Shown: positions 40,245 through 51,165, counted from the first letter of the stretch. The stretch is 64,000 nt of DNA from an uncultured Chroococcidiopsis sp. (GCA_964248365.1 CAXTYC010000012.1:30132-94131); one strand, 5' to 3'. Program-made: numbers and translations. Notes: a model not told the origin generated them from the sequence alone.

Positions 40245-41336
40245 GTGCCAATCAATCTCGTTCATGATGCAGAAAATCTTCTTAATGAGGAAACAACTGA
40301 AAATCAAGCACACCCACCCTTCACACTTAGGGAACTCAAATCTGCGATTCCGACTTATTGCTTTCAACCATCCACTTGGAAATCACTTTCCTACTTTTTT
40401 CTAGATATAGGGATGATTAGCCTGCTGTACGCAGTAGCTGGTACGCTCAACTCATGGTGGTTCTTTCCAGCTTTCTGGTTAATGCAGGGAACCATGTTTT
40501 GGGCGCTATTTGTGGTAGGACATGACTGCGGACACCAGTCTTTTTCTCGCCAGAAGTGGTTGAATAATCTAGTTGGTCATTTGGCACATATACCCATTCT
40601 TGTTCCGTATCACGGCTGGCGGATTAGCCATAGAACTCATCACAGTAATACTGGAAATATTGACACCGATGAAAGCTGGTATCCGGTAACTGAAAGTAAC
40701 TACCGCCAAATGCCTTGGTACGAAAAATTATTCCGCTTCAACCTGTTGTTGATCGCTTACCCACTATACTTGTTTAAGCGATCGCCTGGAAAGCAAGGAA
40801 ATCATTTTTTACCTAGCAGCAGTCTTTTTCGAGGCGATGAAAAGTGGGATGTTGTCACCAGTACCACCCTTTGGACATTAATGGTTGCTTTTCTGGGATG
40901 GTTGACTTACGAGTATGGCTGGCTATTTTTGCTGAAATACTATCTCGGTCCTTATGTAGTTTTTGTCGTCTGGCTTGACTTAGTGACATTTCTACACCAT
41001 ACAGAGCCTGATATTCCTTGGTATCGCGGTAAAGACTGGTATTTTCTGAGAGGAGCCTTATCTACAGTTGACCGTGATTATGGCTTTTTCAATTCGATTC
41101 ACCACAATATCGGTACTCATGTAGCTCACCACCTGTTTCTGACGATTCCTCACTATCATCTGCAAGCTGCAACAGAAGCGCTCAAACCTGTTCTGGGTGA
41201 TTATTACAGGCAGTCTAATCAACCGATATTTAATGCTTTCTGGCATTCCTATAAGTCTTGTCACTTCGCACCAGACTTAGGAGGAGTGGTTTACTACCAA
41301 CCTCCGCAGGAATTGAAAATGAAGGATGAAGAATGA
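40245..41336 (+). CDS. desB: Omega-3 (delta-15) acyl-lipid desaturase
   Basis: His boxes HDCGH, HRTHH, HVAHH; ILVPYHGWRISH typical of omega-3 desaturases. Confidence 0.85.
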   Translation: MPINLVHDAENLLNEETTENQAHPPFTLRELKSAIPTYCFQPSTWKSLSYFFLDIGMISLLYAVAGTLNSWWFFPAFWLMQGTMFWALFVVGHDCGHQSFSRQKWLNNLVGHLAHIPILVPYHGWRISHRTHHSNTGNIDTDESWYPVTESNYRQMPWYEKLFRFNLLLIAYPLYLFKRSPGKQGNHFLPSSSLFRGDEKWDVVTSTTLWTLMVAFLGWLTYEYGWLFLLKYYLGPYVVFVVWLDLVTFLHHTEPDIPWYRGKDWYFLRGALSTVDRDYGFFNSIHHNIGTHVAHHLFLTIPHYHLQAATEALKPVLGDYYRQSNQPIFNAFWHSYKSCHFAPDLGGVVYYQPPQELKMKDEE

Positions 41337-41469
41337 AGTGTCAAGGGTAAAAGATTACACTTAGTAGACAAGGCGCTCAGGTTAAAGGTTAACTTTCACA
41401 CCTTTAACTTCACACTTCACATCGAGACGCAATATATTGCGTCTCTAGACACTTCACACTTCATCCTTT

Positions 41470-43176
41470 CTAATAATGGTTTCCAGATTTGCGCTGATGG
41501 ATGGCGGTGACACCATCGGGATTTAGAACTTTGCCGTTTTGGGCGATCGCATATACAATCCAATGATCCCCAGCTTCCATCCGATTATTGACTGTGCATT
41601 CTAGGTAGGCGAGAGCGTCGGTGAGGATGGGACAACCATTTTCGGCTGGTGTGTTTGCGACATTGGCAAATCTGTCTTCCCCTGGAGCAAAGGACTTCAT
41701 AAAGTGCTTGCGAAGTTGCTTGCCTTCGGTCAAGATATTTAAAACAAAGTTGTCTCCTGTGTGCATTAGGGATTCAATTGCACGTTCTTTGGCGACAGCA
41801 ACAGTAAATCCTGGTGGGTTGAAGGTTGCTTGGGAAACCCAAGAAGCTAACATCGCACTGGAGACATCCCCGTGTTTGGTGGTGACGACGCAAAGGGAGC
41901 CAATGATTCGACCTACGGCTTGTTCAACTGTAGAAGCAGGTTGTTGTGCTACACGTATTTTTTTGCTTCTTTTCAAGCTTTGAGCCAAGTCTATTCCGGC
42001 TTCTTCGCACATATGCAGGGTGACATCGGTGGGTTTGAATTTTACCCGTATGGTGTCAAACCCAAACCGATATCCTGCGTCTTTGAGTTTGCTCTCAATT
42101 AAGTCAATTGCTTCGCCACTCCAACCATAAGAACCAAACACCCCAGCGAGTTTTTTATTATTAGCTGTAGATAGGACGATACCAAGAGCAGTTTGAATTG
42201 GGGTGGGTGCATGACCGCCAAGGGTGGGAGAACCGATGACAATTCCAGCTGCTTTTTCTATTGCTGCTCTGATTTCTTCAGGACTAGCAAATTCACAGTT
42301 GATTGATTCTACTGCTACTCCCGCTTTAGTAATGCCCAGGGCGATCGCACTAGCCAAAGTTGCCGTGCTACCATAAGCCGAAGCATAAAGCAGAGCTACA
42401 CTAGTATCCAGCGAGGTTTGCTGCTTACTCCAGGTTCGATAAGCTTGGGTTAGTTGGATTAAGGCATATCGTACTATGGGACCGTGACCAACGGCATACA
42501 TCCTCACAGGTAGTTCAGATAGTTTGTCTAGTGCTGTTTCTACCTGACGCGCATGGGGAGCCATGAGACAATCGTAGTAATAGCGACGGTCTTCGTTGAA
42601 TTTTTCCCAGCCTTCATCAAATACCTGATCGCCGCAAATATGCGCCCCAAATAGCTTATCAGTGTAGAGGATTTCTGTTTGTGGGTCGTAGGTACAAAGT
42701 TCGTCTGGGTAGCGGGGATTTGGTGTAGGGATAAATTGTAGGTTATGACCTTTGCCTAAATCTAGGGTTTCTTCCCCCCGCATGACGATAATATTCAAAT
42801 TCTGGTCGGGTAAGGCAGCGCGAAGGTTAATTGCACCAGGATTAGAACACACAAAGGTAATTTGGGGCGCTAGTTCAACCAAAGTTTTAATGGTTGCTGC
42901 ACGGTTAGGATTAATGTGTCCTAGAATGACGTAATCTATCAGACTCAGGTCAAGGCGCTGCTGTAAAGCATTCAGGTAAATTTGGGTAAAGGTTTCGCCT
43001 GGAGGATCGAGCAGGGCAATTTTCTCGCCTTGAATTAGATAAGAATTGGCTGTTGTTCCTTTAGCTAGAGCATATTCGATTTCAAACCGTAGCCTCGTCC
43101 AACTGCGCGATCGCAGCACTGTAGTATCAATCCCTATCGGGAGAACTTGTACATCGCGGGGTTTTGTTTCTAACAT
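41470..43176 (-). CDS. flv1: Flavodiiron protein Flv1 type
   Basis: Lactamase-like + flavodoxin + flavin reductase domains; non-canonical iron ligands (GHINPNR). Confidence 0.88.
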   Translation of the reverse strand: MLETKPRDVQVLPIGIDTTVLRSRSWTRLRFEIEYALAKGTTANSYLIQGEKIALLDPPGETFTQIYLNALQQRLDLSLIDYVILGHINPNRAATIKTLVELAPQITFVCSNPGAINLRAALPDQNLNIIVMRGEETLDLGKGHNLQFIPTPNPRYPDELCTYDPQTEILYTDKLFGAHICGDQVFDEGWEKFNEDRRYYYDCLMAPHARQVETALDKLSELPVRMYAVGHGPIVRYALIQLTQAYRTWSKQQTSLDTSVALLYASAYGSTATLASAIALGITKAGVAVESINCEFASPEEIRAAIEKAAGIVIGSPTLGGHAPTPIQTALGIVLSTANNKKLAGVFGSYGWSGEAIDLIESKLKDAGYRFGFDTIRVKFKPTDVTLHMCEEAGIDLAQSLKRSKKIRVAQQPASTVEQAVGRIIGSLCVVTTKHGDVSSAMLASWVSQATFNPPGFTVAVAKERAIESLMHTGDNFVLNILTEGKQLRKHFMKSFAPGEDRFANVANTPAENGCPILTDALAYLECTVNNRMEAGDHWIVYAIAQNGKVLNPDGVTAIHQRKSGNHY

Positions 43177-43299
43177 GATTTTTCTGTTTAATTACAACAA
43201 AAAGTAATTTTTAGACTTGATGTATTCACCGTTTTTATTCTTGCGAGCGCCTGAAAACCAATTTCTTCTTAATCAAGAATAACTCCTCTAATATTTACA

Positions 43300-44386
43300 G
43301 TTTATTTGACCTATCCAACACACCAAATCCTAATTTATTAATTCTATGTAATCACCATAGATATCATTCCAATAAAAGCTGCCATCCTATTAATTTCATT
43401 TTCATTATCTAGGTTAATTTTAAATTACCCTGTTTGACTATTGGAGCAATAATAGAAATTAAAGCAATGTTGTCAATCCCATTAATGCAAAATACCCAAC
43501 CTATAGGTTGATAATAGTTCAATCGCTTTTTTAATGGTTGAGACAGGTAGCTTCGTTCTATAGAGGCAAAGCATAAGAATAAAGCCACTACGCTCATTAT
43601 ACAGGAAAACATCACGTATTCGTATGGTGCTATTTCTTTTCCAGTAAAAGATTGTACTGAACTGGATTCACTTATCATTATTAAACTGATTGAAAAGAGC
43701 AAAAGTATCTTTACACTCATAGGAATACGTTGGGAAACTTTTACTATTGCCAACCAATTTTTATAAAAATAAGGTCTGATTGCCATATAAACCAACCTAT
43801 AAATAACTAGAGGGCGATGAATACCTAAAACCAGAGGAAATAACTTACCAAATGCTCCAACTATAATTATGTATATTAATAAAAAAGCTATACCTGAAAA
43901 AATAAATGTAATTAATAAATTTTGGCGATGATTCAACAAAGGATGTAGCAAAATGAATATTGGAAACAGTTGAAATAGAATTAGTAGATAATAAGAGCCT
44001 GGGAATATCGTTCCTTGGAACGAAGATATTAGTATTTTTTTTCTTGTATACCAGAAAATTTTTTTAATTACAATTGCTACACTGAACCAGAATAATGTAG
44101 GAAGTGTGCAAACGAATCAGTTGCTTTTTTAAAATTTGGTATAGATTTCGATTTGAGTTATTTTCCAGGTTCCGTTTTAATAAAAAAAAGAGATTGTCAA
44201 TAAAACTGAAACACACAACCTTAGTGGGGCAAATAATATTTCTAGTAAATGGGCATTTGGCGCATCACTAGACGGCAAAATAAAAATAGAATGAAAAGAA
44301 ACAACAGCTATAATACTCAAGGCTTTGAGTACATCAATAGGAAACAATCTGACTGCTGAGGAATGCCTTGAAATTTTCAATGCCAA
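43300..44386 (-). pseudogene. Decayed acyltransferase-3 (OafA-like) membrane protein
   Basis: IDVLKALSIIAVVSFHS N-terminus, then out-of-frame fragments (GSYYLLILFQ; GWVFCING); very AT-rich; 3' limit approximate. Confidence 0.7.
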
Positions 44387-44545
44387 CCTCTGATCTGACT
44401 AAGTGAAATATATTATGCAGTCTGGTAGAGGGGCAAGGCATACCTTGCCCATACAGCGAATAGAATTCTGTTCTTGGAAACAAAGACTAGCTAACCCTAG
44501 TCCCAGGCTAAGCCTGGGAACTAGTATATTCATCACTAAATTACT

Positions 44546-46273
44546 CTAGTAAGAATTACCCAACTTACGATGGTGAACAGCAGTAAGTGATTCTGGCTTG
44601 GAAACACGACCAGCGTTGACTGTGCTATAGACAATCCAGTGATCGCTACACTCCATTCGGCTAACTACTTCACACTCCATGTATGCTAGGGCATCTGTCA
44701 GAATAGGGGAACCATCGCTAGCACGTTGGGTTTTGACTCCGGCAAATCGGTCAGCACCAGGAGGAAAGCGCTTGAGGAAGTGCTTCATTAGTGGGTGATA
44801 GTTGTCTTCTTCGAGTACATTCAGAACAAAGCGATCGCCTACTTGCATCAAAGATTCAATCGCGCGGTCTTTAGCAACAGCGATCGTTACTCCTAAAGGT
44901 TGGAAACTAGCTTGATTTACCCAAGAAGCAAGCATAGCACTGCTGATTTCACCTTTTTTGGTTGTGATAATATACAGTCCACTGCTAATCCGTCCTAGAG
45001 CTTTTTCCAAGTCAGCATCAAAAGATTTAATCTGCTTGATACTGCGATCGCGTGTGAGTAATTGCCCTAAGTCTGTACCTGCTTCTTCACAAAGCTTGAG
45101 TGTGGTTTCCCCTGGTGTCTCTTTAATCTGAATTGCTGGAAAGCCTGGAGTTAAGCCCAAAGCTCGGAACTTATTCAACAATGGGTAAATCGGTTCGTCA
45201 TCTCCACCGCCAGATTCAAACATACCAATTAATTGCTTTTCTTTGGCAGCTGCTAAGACAGTACTGAGTGTAGCCCCACTCGTGGATGCATCACTTGTTG
45301 TACTGGGAGGCGTTCCCATCACAATTCCAGCACAGCGCTTGACGAGTTCTTGGACTTCTTGCTGATCCACTGATCTCATATCAACCATTTCGACCGCGAC
45401 TCCGGTTTTTTGGATTCCAGCAGCGATCGCTTCGGCGAGGCGATCGCTATATCCGTAACCATAGGTACAGAAAATAGCAACCGTAGTTTCTGCCTTAGTT
45501 TGGGTTTGGCTCCAAGTCCGATATCGTCCTGTCAGTTCCTCTACATTGTGGTATAATAGGGGACCATGACCAGTGGCAATCATGCTCACTTGACCTAACT
45601 CGCCCATGCGCTTGAGAGCAGATAGTACAGAACGGGCATTAGGAGCCATCAAGCATTCGTAGTAGTACTGAAAATCTGCTTCAATTGCGTCTAAGTCTTC
45701 GTCAAATGTATGCTCATTGCAGTAGTGCAACCCAAAAGCATCACAGGTGTAGAGAATTTGGGTTTGATGGTCGTAGGTGAATATGGTGTCGGGCCAGTGG
45801 AGATTGGGGGCGCTGACAAATTCTAGTTGGTGTCCGTTACCCAAATCTAGGCGATCGCCATTTTTCACGATTTGCCGTTTGAATGGCTGATGCACCATAT
45901 CATCTAGAAACTGCAACGCCATTTTTGAGCCGACAATGGTTACATGGGGAGCGAGTTGGAGAACATCTTTTACCAAGCCGCTATGATCTGGTTCAGTGTG
46001 GCTAATTATGATGTAATCAATCTCATTGGGGTCAATTAGACCTTGGAGGGTTTGCAGATACAGTTGGCGAAACTTCTCATGGGAAGTATCAACTAAAGCA
46101 GTCTGCTCACCTCGGATGAGAAATGAATTGTAAGTAGTACCATTTTGCAGACCGAATTCAATATCGAAGCGATCGCGCTCCCAATCGAGAGAGCGAATTG
46201 CCGTTGTATTAGCTGCAATTTCTTGTGTCTCTATGGTCAGTCGGTTTTGAGTTTTATCGGTGAGCACTACCAT
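44546..46273 (-). CDS. flv3: Flavodiiron protein Flv3 type
   Basis: Canonical HTEPDH, HWPD, CDAFG and GHG ligands; start at MVVLTDK with GAGGAG RBS. Confidence 0.9.
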   Translation of the reverse strand: MVVLTDKTQNRLTIETQEIAANTTAIRSLDWERDRFDIEFGLQNGTTYNSFLIRGEQTALVDTSHEKFRQLYLQTLQGLIDPNEIDYIIISHTEPDHSGLVKDVLQLAPHVTIVGSKMALQFLDDMVHQPFKRQIVKNGDRLDLGNGHQLEFVSAPNLHWPDTIFTYDHQTQILYTCDAFGLHYCNEHTFDEDLDAIEADFQYYYECLMAPNARSVLSALKRMGELGQVSMIATGHGPLLYHNVEELTGRYRTWSQTQTKAETTVAIFCTYGYGYSDRLAEAIAAGIQKTGVAVEMVDMRSVDQQEVQELVKRCAGIVMGTPPSTTSDASTSGATLSTVLAAAKEKQLIGMFESGGGDDEPIYPLLNKFRALGLTPGFPAIQIKETPGETTLKLCEEAGTDLGQLLTRDRSIKQIKSFDADLEKALGRISSGLYIITTKKGEISSAMLASWVNQASFQPLGVTIAVAKDRAIESLMQVGDRFVLNVLEEDNYHPLMKHFLKRFPPGADRFAGVKTQRASDGSPILTDALAYMECEVVSRMECSDHWIVYSTVNAGRVSKPESLTAVHHRKLGNSY

Positions 46274-46382
46274 TAGTCGTCTCCTCTCGCAACTCATGAG
46301 TATTGTTTCTCTGCTTCTATTCTCACACGTATATCTTGTAAAGCTTTATTAAAAAATTTATGTAACAGTTAAAAAAAACTGT

Positions 46383-47348
46383 ATGAAACAGTCTAGAGGC
46401 AGACAACACACACAGAAAACTTGGCTAGCTTTGATGATTGGGAATTCCAGGCTACACTGGGCTTGGTTTTTGGGAGAAAAGCTACAGTTCGCTTGGGATA
46501 CTCAACATTTACCTGCATCTGTTGTCCAAAAACTAGCTAATTGCCAACATTTGGATGATTTACCTGTAGAAATCTTACCTCCTCACATGAGTACGGGCGG
46601 CTTTAGCACAGATGCTTGTGAAAAAACAGGTAATTCGGTCAAACCTGCTTGTACGGACGGGTTTACTACAGATGCTTGTGAAAAAACAGGTAATTCGGTC
46701 AAACCCGCCCCTACTACCCCTCGCCTCTCGCCTCTAGCCTCTAGCCCCTTTCCCCTATACCTGGCTTCCGTAGTTCCCAGCCAATCTGAGATTTGGCAAG
46801 CTTACCCTGACGTTCACATCATTACCTTAGAGCAAGTACCGCTTTTGGGTGTCTATCCTACATTGGGAATTGATCGCGCTTTGGCGTTGTGGGGGGCAGG
46901 TGTTACTTGGGGTTATCCGACACTGGTGATTGATGCGGGAACAGCACTTACTTTTACAGGTGCTGATGCTAACCGCCGTTTGGTTGGAGGAGCAATTTTA
47001 CCTGGTTTAGGTTTGCAGCTGCATTCTCTAGCCCAAAAAACAGCTAATTTACCACAGGTAGAGACACAAAATGTTTTTTCCTTACCGCAGCGTTGGGCTT
47101 TGAATACCCCAGAATCAATTCAAAGTGGCGTGATTTATACGATTCTTGCTGGTATTTGTGACTTTATTACAGCTTGGTGGCAAGAATTTCCTGAAAGTCG
47201 TGTTTGTCTGACTGGTGGCGATGGGAAGAGGCTGCTAATGTATTTGCGATCACACGAGCCTCAACTAGCAACCAAAGTCATATTTGAACCCGATCTAATT
47301 TTTTGGGGAATGGGATTGGTAAAGGGTGAAGGGGTATTGTCAAATTAA
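46383..47348 (+). CDS. coaX: Type III pantothenate kinase with in-frame repeat insertion
   Basis: MIGNSRLH, LASVVP, LGIDR, VIDAGTALT, GGAILPG, LTGGD. Confidence 0.92.
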   Translation: MKQSRGRQHTQKTWLALMIGNSRLHWAWFLGEKLQFAWDTQHLPASVVQKLANCQHLDDLPVEILPPHMSTGGFSTDACEKTGNSVKPACTDGFTTDACEKTGNSVKPAPTTPRLSPLASSPFPLYLASVVPSQSEIWQAYPDVHIITLEQVPLLGVYPTLGIDRALALWGAGVTWGYPTLVIDAGTALTFTGADANRRLVGGAILPGLGLQLHSLAQKTANLPQVETQNVFSLPQRWALNTPESIQSGVIYTILAGICDFITAWWQEFPESRVCLTGGDGKRLLMYLRSHEPQLATKVIFEPDLIFWGMGLVKGEGVLSN

Positions 47349-47568
47349 GTAAGGGTGATCTGGGATGGCAGTTAGTGAGATAATTTCCTCTCATGACTAC
47401 AAAATATGACTTGTACCATCGCGGGGCTTTCCAGCCGAGATCCAACGCTACTGTGTCTGGCTGTATAACTCGTTCTCACTGGGCATCAGTTAAAAGTAGA
47501 ACAGTGAACAGGTAAAAGTAGACCAACCAACAGTTACCCAAATTAACAACTGATAACTGATAACTGAT

Positions 47569-47682
47569 AAGGAAAGCAGCAAGTTTTTAGTTGCTAGTGG
47601 TTTAATTAAAAAAGAGCCAGATTTGACTAAACTTTTTGACGATCGCTTCGTGAAAGCTTACGCTACTGCTTACAAAAGTTGA
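47569..47682 (+). pseudogene. Orphan 3' fragment resembling the C-terminus of a NitT/TauT-type ABC substrate-binding protein
   Basis: KESSKFLVASGLIKKEPDLTKLFDDRFVKAY...* with no start, followed by a terminator. Confidence 0.55.
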
Positions 47683-47706
47683 TCGAGGCTGACAAACAGG
47701 AAATTG

Positions 47707-47742
47707 AAAACCCCGCCTAGCTGATGTGAAGGCGGGGTATTT
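47707..47742 (+). terminator. Hairpin terminator
   Basis: ACCCCGCCT...AGGCGGGGT. Confidence 0.7.
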
Positions 47743-47960
47743 ATCAATTATCAATGAACAATGGATATCTTACTTTCGAAAGAAACGTTAATTGATAATT
47801 GATAATTGTTCAAAGTTTGTAGCTTTTTTGGAGTCATCTGGGAATCCGATGTACCTCTAAAAATAGAGCCAGTCCTTCATATCGATCCCCCGTAATACCA
47901 ACAAATAACCTAATACACGGACCGTTCTATTTTTAAGACGGAAAACCCTGGGCATCAAAT

Positions 47961-49670
47961 TTATCGGAAAAGGTTAAGGATACCCAAAAATGGACTGAGG
48001 ATCGGTCCAAATAGAGCTCCTATAGAGTCGCCAACCTTAGCTGTACCAGAGCGACCTACTACAACAATGTCATTATTGCGTAGGATCGGATTGTTCTTAT
48101 TATTAATTCCTTGAGCCAAATCAATCGGCAATCGTTGCTTGGTAACACTTCCATCAGGATTAAGGCGAACCAGTTCAACCGAACCCCTCTTAGCGCGACT
48201 ATCGTTAAATCCTCCCGCCGTTAGAATCGCTTGGTTCAACGGTGTGTTGGGTTGAAGGCTTACCGCTCCAGGGTTTTTCACCTCTCCGACCACACTAACT
48301 TGAATTGTCGCCGGAGAAAAACTTGCATCTGCTAATGCTCTTGCTTCTGCTGGGTTGATCTCCGTTAATGTGGGGATAACAATTGTGTCTCCCTGTTGCA
48401 CAATTGTGTCTTGATTGGTATCACCTTGCAATAATTTCCAGAAATTCAAGTTAATCTTTTGCTCTGAGCCAGTTTTCGTTGGGCGACGGATTTGAATATT
48501 CCGCACATCAGCTGTTGCTGTAATGCCTCCTGCTAGCTGAATTGCCCGTGATACTGTAGGCAGCCCCCCTCCCGCGTTGCCACCTGCTTCTATTGTCCCG
48601 CCTCTTCCTCCTTGGCTATTGGCTGACGAAGATGGCGCGGCGGCGGAGCTAGAACCGCCAATAACTACATAGGAGCCAGGACGGTTAACTTCGCCAACTA
48701 CTGTAACTGTACGAGGACTGTTAGGAGCTGCCGCAAAGCTAGCTGTAGCAAATTGACGAACTTCTGCCATGTTAGGCTCGTTGGCTGTGGGGACAAATAC
48801 TGTGTCTCCATCCCGTAAGGTAATATCTTGAGGCAGTTTGCCCGTTCTTACCAGTTCTGTTAGATCGAGATTGATCGTTTGCTCTGGTGCTGATCCTAAC
48901 TTACGACGTAACTGAACCATCCGCAGATCTGCTGATAACGTCACGCCTTCAGCCAGTGTCAATGCTCCTACTATGGTTGGATATTGTACTCCCGGATCGT
49001 TACCAGCTCCGCCTTGTAAGGCGACTGTGTAAGAACCAGGACGATTTACTTCCCCAGCAACTACGACATTAATCGGACGCGGAGAAAGCAAACTGACTGT
49101 AACTAGGGGGCGTTTGAGGTAACGAGAATATTTAGCCGCGATCGCGTCTGCTGCTTCTGACTGTGTTAATCCTAATATTCTCACACTACCAACTAGGGGT
49201 AAAAACAGTTCTCCTCCAGGGGGAATCTGATAATCACCTGTGTATTCTGGCACTTCAAACACATTGACGCGGATGCGATCGCCGCCTCCTAGAGCATAAT
49301 CTGCTGGCGCTGCTACAGGAGCCGATCCTGCTGTCGTTGGGGCTGGGGCTGGGCTATAAGCTGGCAGATTACTGCCAGCTGGGACGGGACTACTCGCTGG
49401 AAAATTACCCCTACTGGGGACGGGAGCCAGCCTATTTGTTGGAACCGCGGAAGGGGCTACACTAGGACGCTCTGGGAGGGGGAGTTGGGGTACAGAGCGT
49501 TGGGGTACAGAGCGTTGGGGAAGCAATGTTTGCGCCTGGGTAGGAGAGGGCAAAGCCACTACCATCATCGCCAAAACACTTAAACCTGCTATCGGTTGGT
49601 TAATTTTTTTAGACATACGTGTATAATTCATCTGAGATATATAGTCAACTTCAGAGCTTTTTGACTTCAC
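47961..49670 (-). CDS. Polysaccharide export protein (Wza/SLBB domains)
   Basis: YALGGGDRIRVNVF Poly_export domain; three SLBB repeats (VAGEVNRPG, VVGEVNRPG, VVGEVKNPG); true start probably downstream. Confidence 0.92.
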   Translation of the reverse strand: MKSKSSEVDYISQMNYTRMSKKINQPIAGLSVLAMMVVALPSPTQAQTLLPQRSVPQRSVPQLPLPERPSVAPSAVPTNRLAPVPSRGNFPASSPVPAGSNLPAYSPAPAPTTAGSAPVAAPADYALGGGDRIRVNVFEVPEYTGDYQIPPGGELFLPLVGSVRILGLTQSEAADAIAAKYSRYLKRPLVTVSLLSPRPINVVVAGEVNRPGSYTVALQGGAGNDPGVQYPTIVGALTLAEGVTLSADLRMVQLRRKLGSAPEQTINLDLTELVRTGKLPQDITLRDGDTVFVPTANEPNMAEVRQFATASFAAAPNSPRTVTVVGEVNRPGSYVVIGGSSSAAAPSSSANSQGGRGGTIEAGGNAGGGLPTVSRAIQLAGGITATADVRNIQIRRPTKTGSEQKINLNFWKLLQGDTNQDTIVQQGDTIVIPTLTEINPAEARALADASFSPATIQVSVVGEVKNPGAVSLQPNTPLNQAILTAGGFNDSRAKRGSVELVRLNPDGSVTKQRLPIDLAQGINNKNNPILRNNDIVVVGRSGTAKVGDSIGALFGPILSPFLGILNLFR

Positions 49671-49825
49671 TATTCTATGTTTTGTTGCCAGTAATCATCT
49701 GCCAAAACATTTAAGTATAAAACAGCACCATTACCCGACTCGAGCATAACATATCAGAAATTATCCCATAACCAGCAAACTTTGTAAAACTTAACTTAGC
49801 TAAGAGGGGAAAGAATCATTAATTC

Positions 49826-50194
49826 TCAATTGCGAATTGGGTGGGTCCGAATTATCTCAATGCTGATTTTGCCACCAAAGTCGGGAATTGGTGCGGCGGG
49901 TTTAGATAGGCGGACTCGGACTTGCTCTATACCTTTGGTTGCAAGGATTTCGTGGGCGATCGCGCCTGCTAGACGCTCGACTAAAGCAAATTTAGAAGTT
50001 TTTACCAGATGCTGCACAATCGCAATGATATTGCGGTAATCAATAGTATCTGCGATCGCATCACTTTTACCTGCCCTTGAGAGATCCAGCCACAACGTCA
50101 CATCTACCTCAAACCACTGACCCAGCACCTGTTCTTCTGGCAGATATCCGGTGTAACCATAGCAGCGAATTCCCTCTAATTCAATGCAGTCCAT
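49826..50194 (-). CDS. folB: Dihydroneopterin aldolase
   Basis: YGYTGYLPEEQVLGQWFEVD, TIDY, LVERLA, KPAAPI. Confidence 0.95.
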   Translation of the reverse strand: MDCIELEGIRCYGYTGYLPEEQVLGQWFEVDVTLWLDLSRAGKSDAIADTIDYRNIIAIVQHLVKTSKFALVERLAGAIAHEILATKGIEQVRVRLSKPAAPIPDFGGKISIEIIRTHPIRN

Positions 50195-50496
50195 CTAATT
50201 AGCTCCCGACAAAAGAGTTAAAATAAAAATACAACTCTAAAGTTTTATTAACAATTGTGTAAGTGTTGCTATTTTTTATAAAGCGGTTAGCTAATAGCTA
50301 TTAGCTGGCGCGGGTTACCAGTTACCAGGCGAAAGCGGGGCTGCTCCACAGTTTCTAGGTTTCGGTACTCTTTGATACTCATTAGTCAATGAGTGTTGCT
50401 AAAAGCTAATAGCTAAAAGCTAACAGCTAATAGCTATTTGTGCCAAATACCAAAATCCAACAGCTAAAAGCCAGTTAGAAGGAGAATAAACAGTTT

Positions 50497-51165
50497 GTGC
50501 TTGAACGGTTGAAACAGGATTTAAAAAATGACCTAATTGCAGGGCTGTTGGTAGTAATTCCCTTGGCTACCACGATCTGGTTAACAATTACCGTTGCCAG
50601 TTGGGTGATTAATTTTCTCACACGGATTCCCAAACAGCTCAATCCCTTTGATCAGATGCATCCGATCTTGGTAGATCTGACAAACCTAGCAGTAGGGCTG
50701 TCTGTACCACTGCTATGTATTCTACTGATTGGCTTGATGGCACGTAATATTGCAGGACGCTGGTTGCTCGACGTGGGAGAGCAGTTGCTTGAGGCAATTC
50801 CGTTAGCAGGTGCTGTCTATAAAACGCTAAAACAATTATTAGAAACACTGTTAAAAGATACAAACAGCAAATTTCGCCGCGTGATTCTAGTAGAGTATCC
50901 TCGGCGGGGAGTGTGGGCGCTCGGCTTTGTCACAGGCAGCATGAGCCAGGAAATCCAATCCCAGATGAGTCGCCCCATGCTCAGCGTTTTCATCCCAAAA
51001 ACGCCAAATCCTACCACTGGTTGGTATGCAATTGTTCCAGAAGACGAAGTAGTAAACATCTCAATGTCAATCGAAGATGCCTTTAAAGTAGTAATCTCTG
51101 GTGGCATTGTCTCCCCTAACCCCCAGCTGCCACCTCTAATATTGAAAGAGCCAATAGGCAAGTAA
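50497..51165 (+). CDS. DUF502 family membrane protein
   Basis: AGLLVVIPLATTIW, VEYPRRG, FIPKTPNPTTGW, ISGG. Confidence 0.88.
   Translation: MLERLKQDLKNDLIAGLLVVIPLATTIWLTITVASWVINFLTRIPKQLNPFDQMHPILVDLTNLAVGLSVPLLCILLIGLMARNIAGRWLLDVGEQLLEAIPLAGAVYKTLKQLLETLLKDTNSKFRRVILVEYPRRGVWALGFVTGSMSQEIQSQMSRPMLSVFIPKTPNPTTGWYAIVPEDEVVNISMSIEDAFKVVISGGIVSPNPQLPPLILKEPIGK

Noticed and set aside
46591..46714. Possible CRISPR array from the ~60-bp periodic repeat
   Set aside because: Two near-identical tandem units with no unique spacers and no cas genes; no CRISPR array seen anywhere in the window
47400..47495. Guanidine-I (ykkC) riboswitch
   Set aside because: Lacks the CTAGGGTTCCG and AAAAGCCCGGGAG consensus blocks
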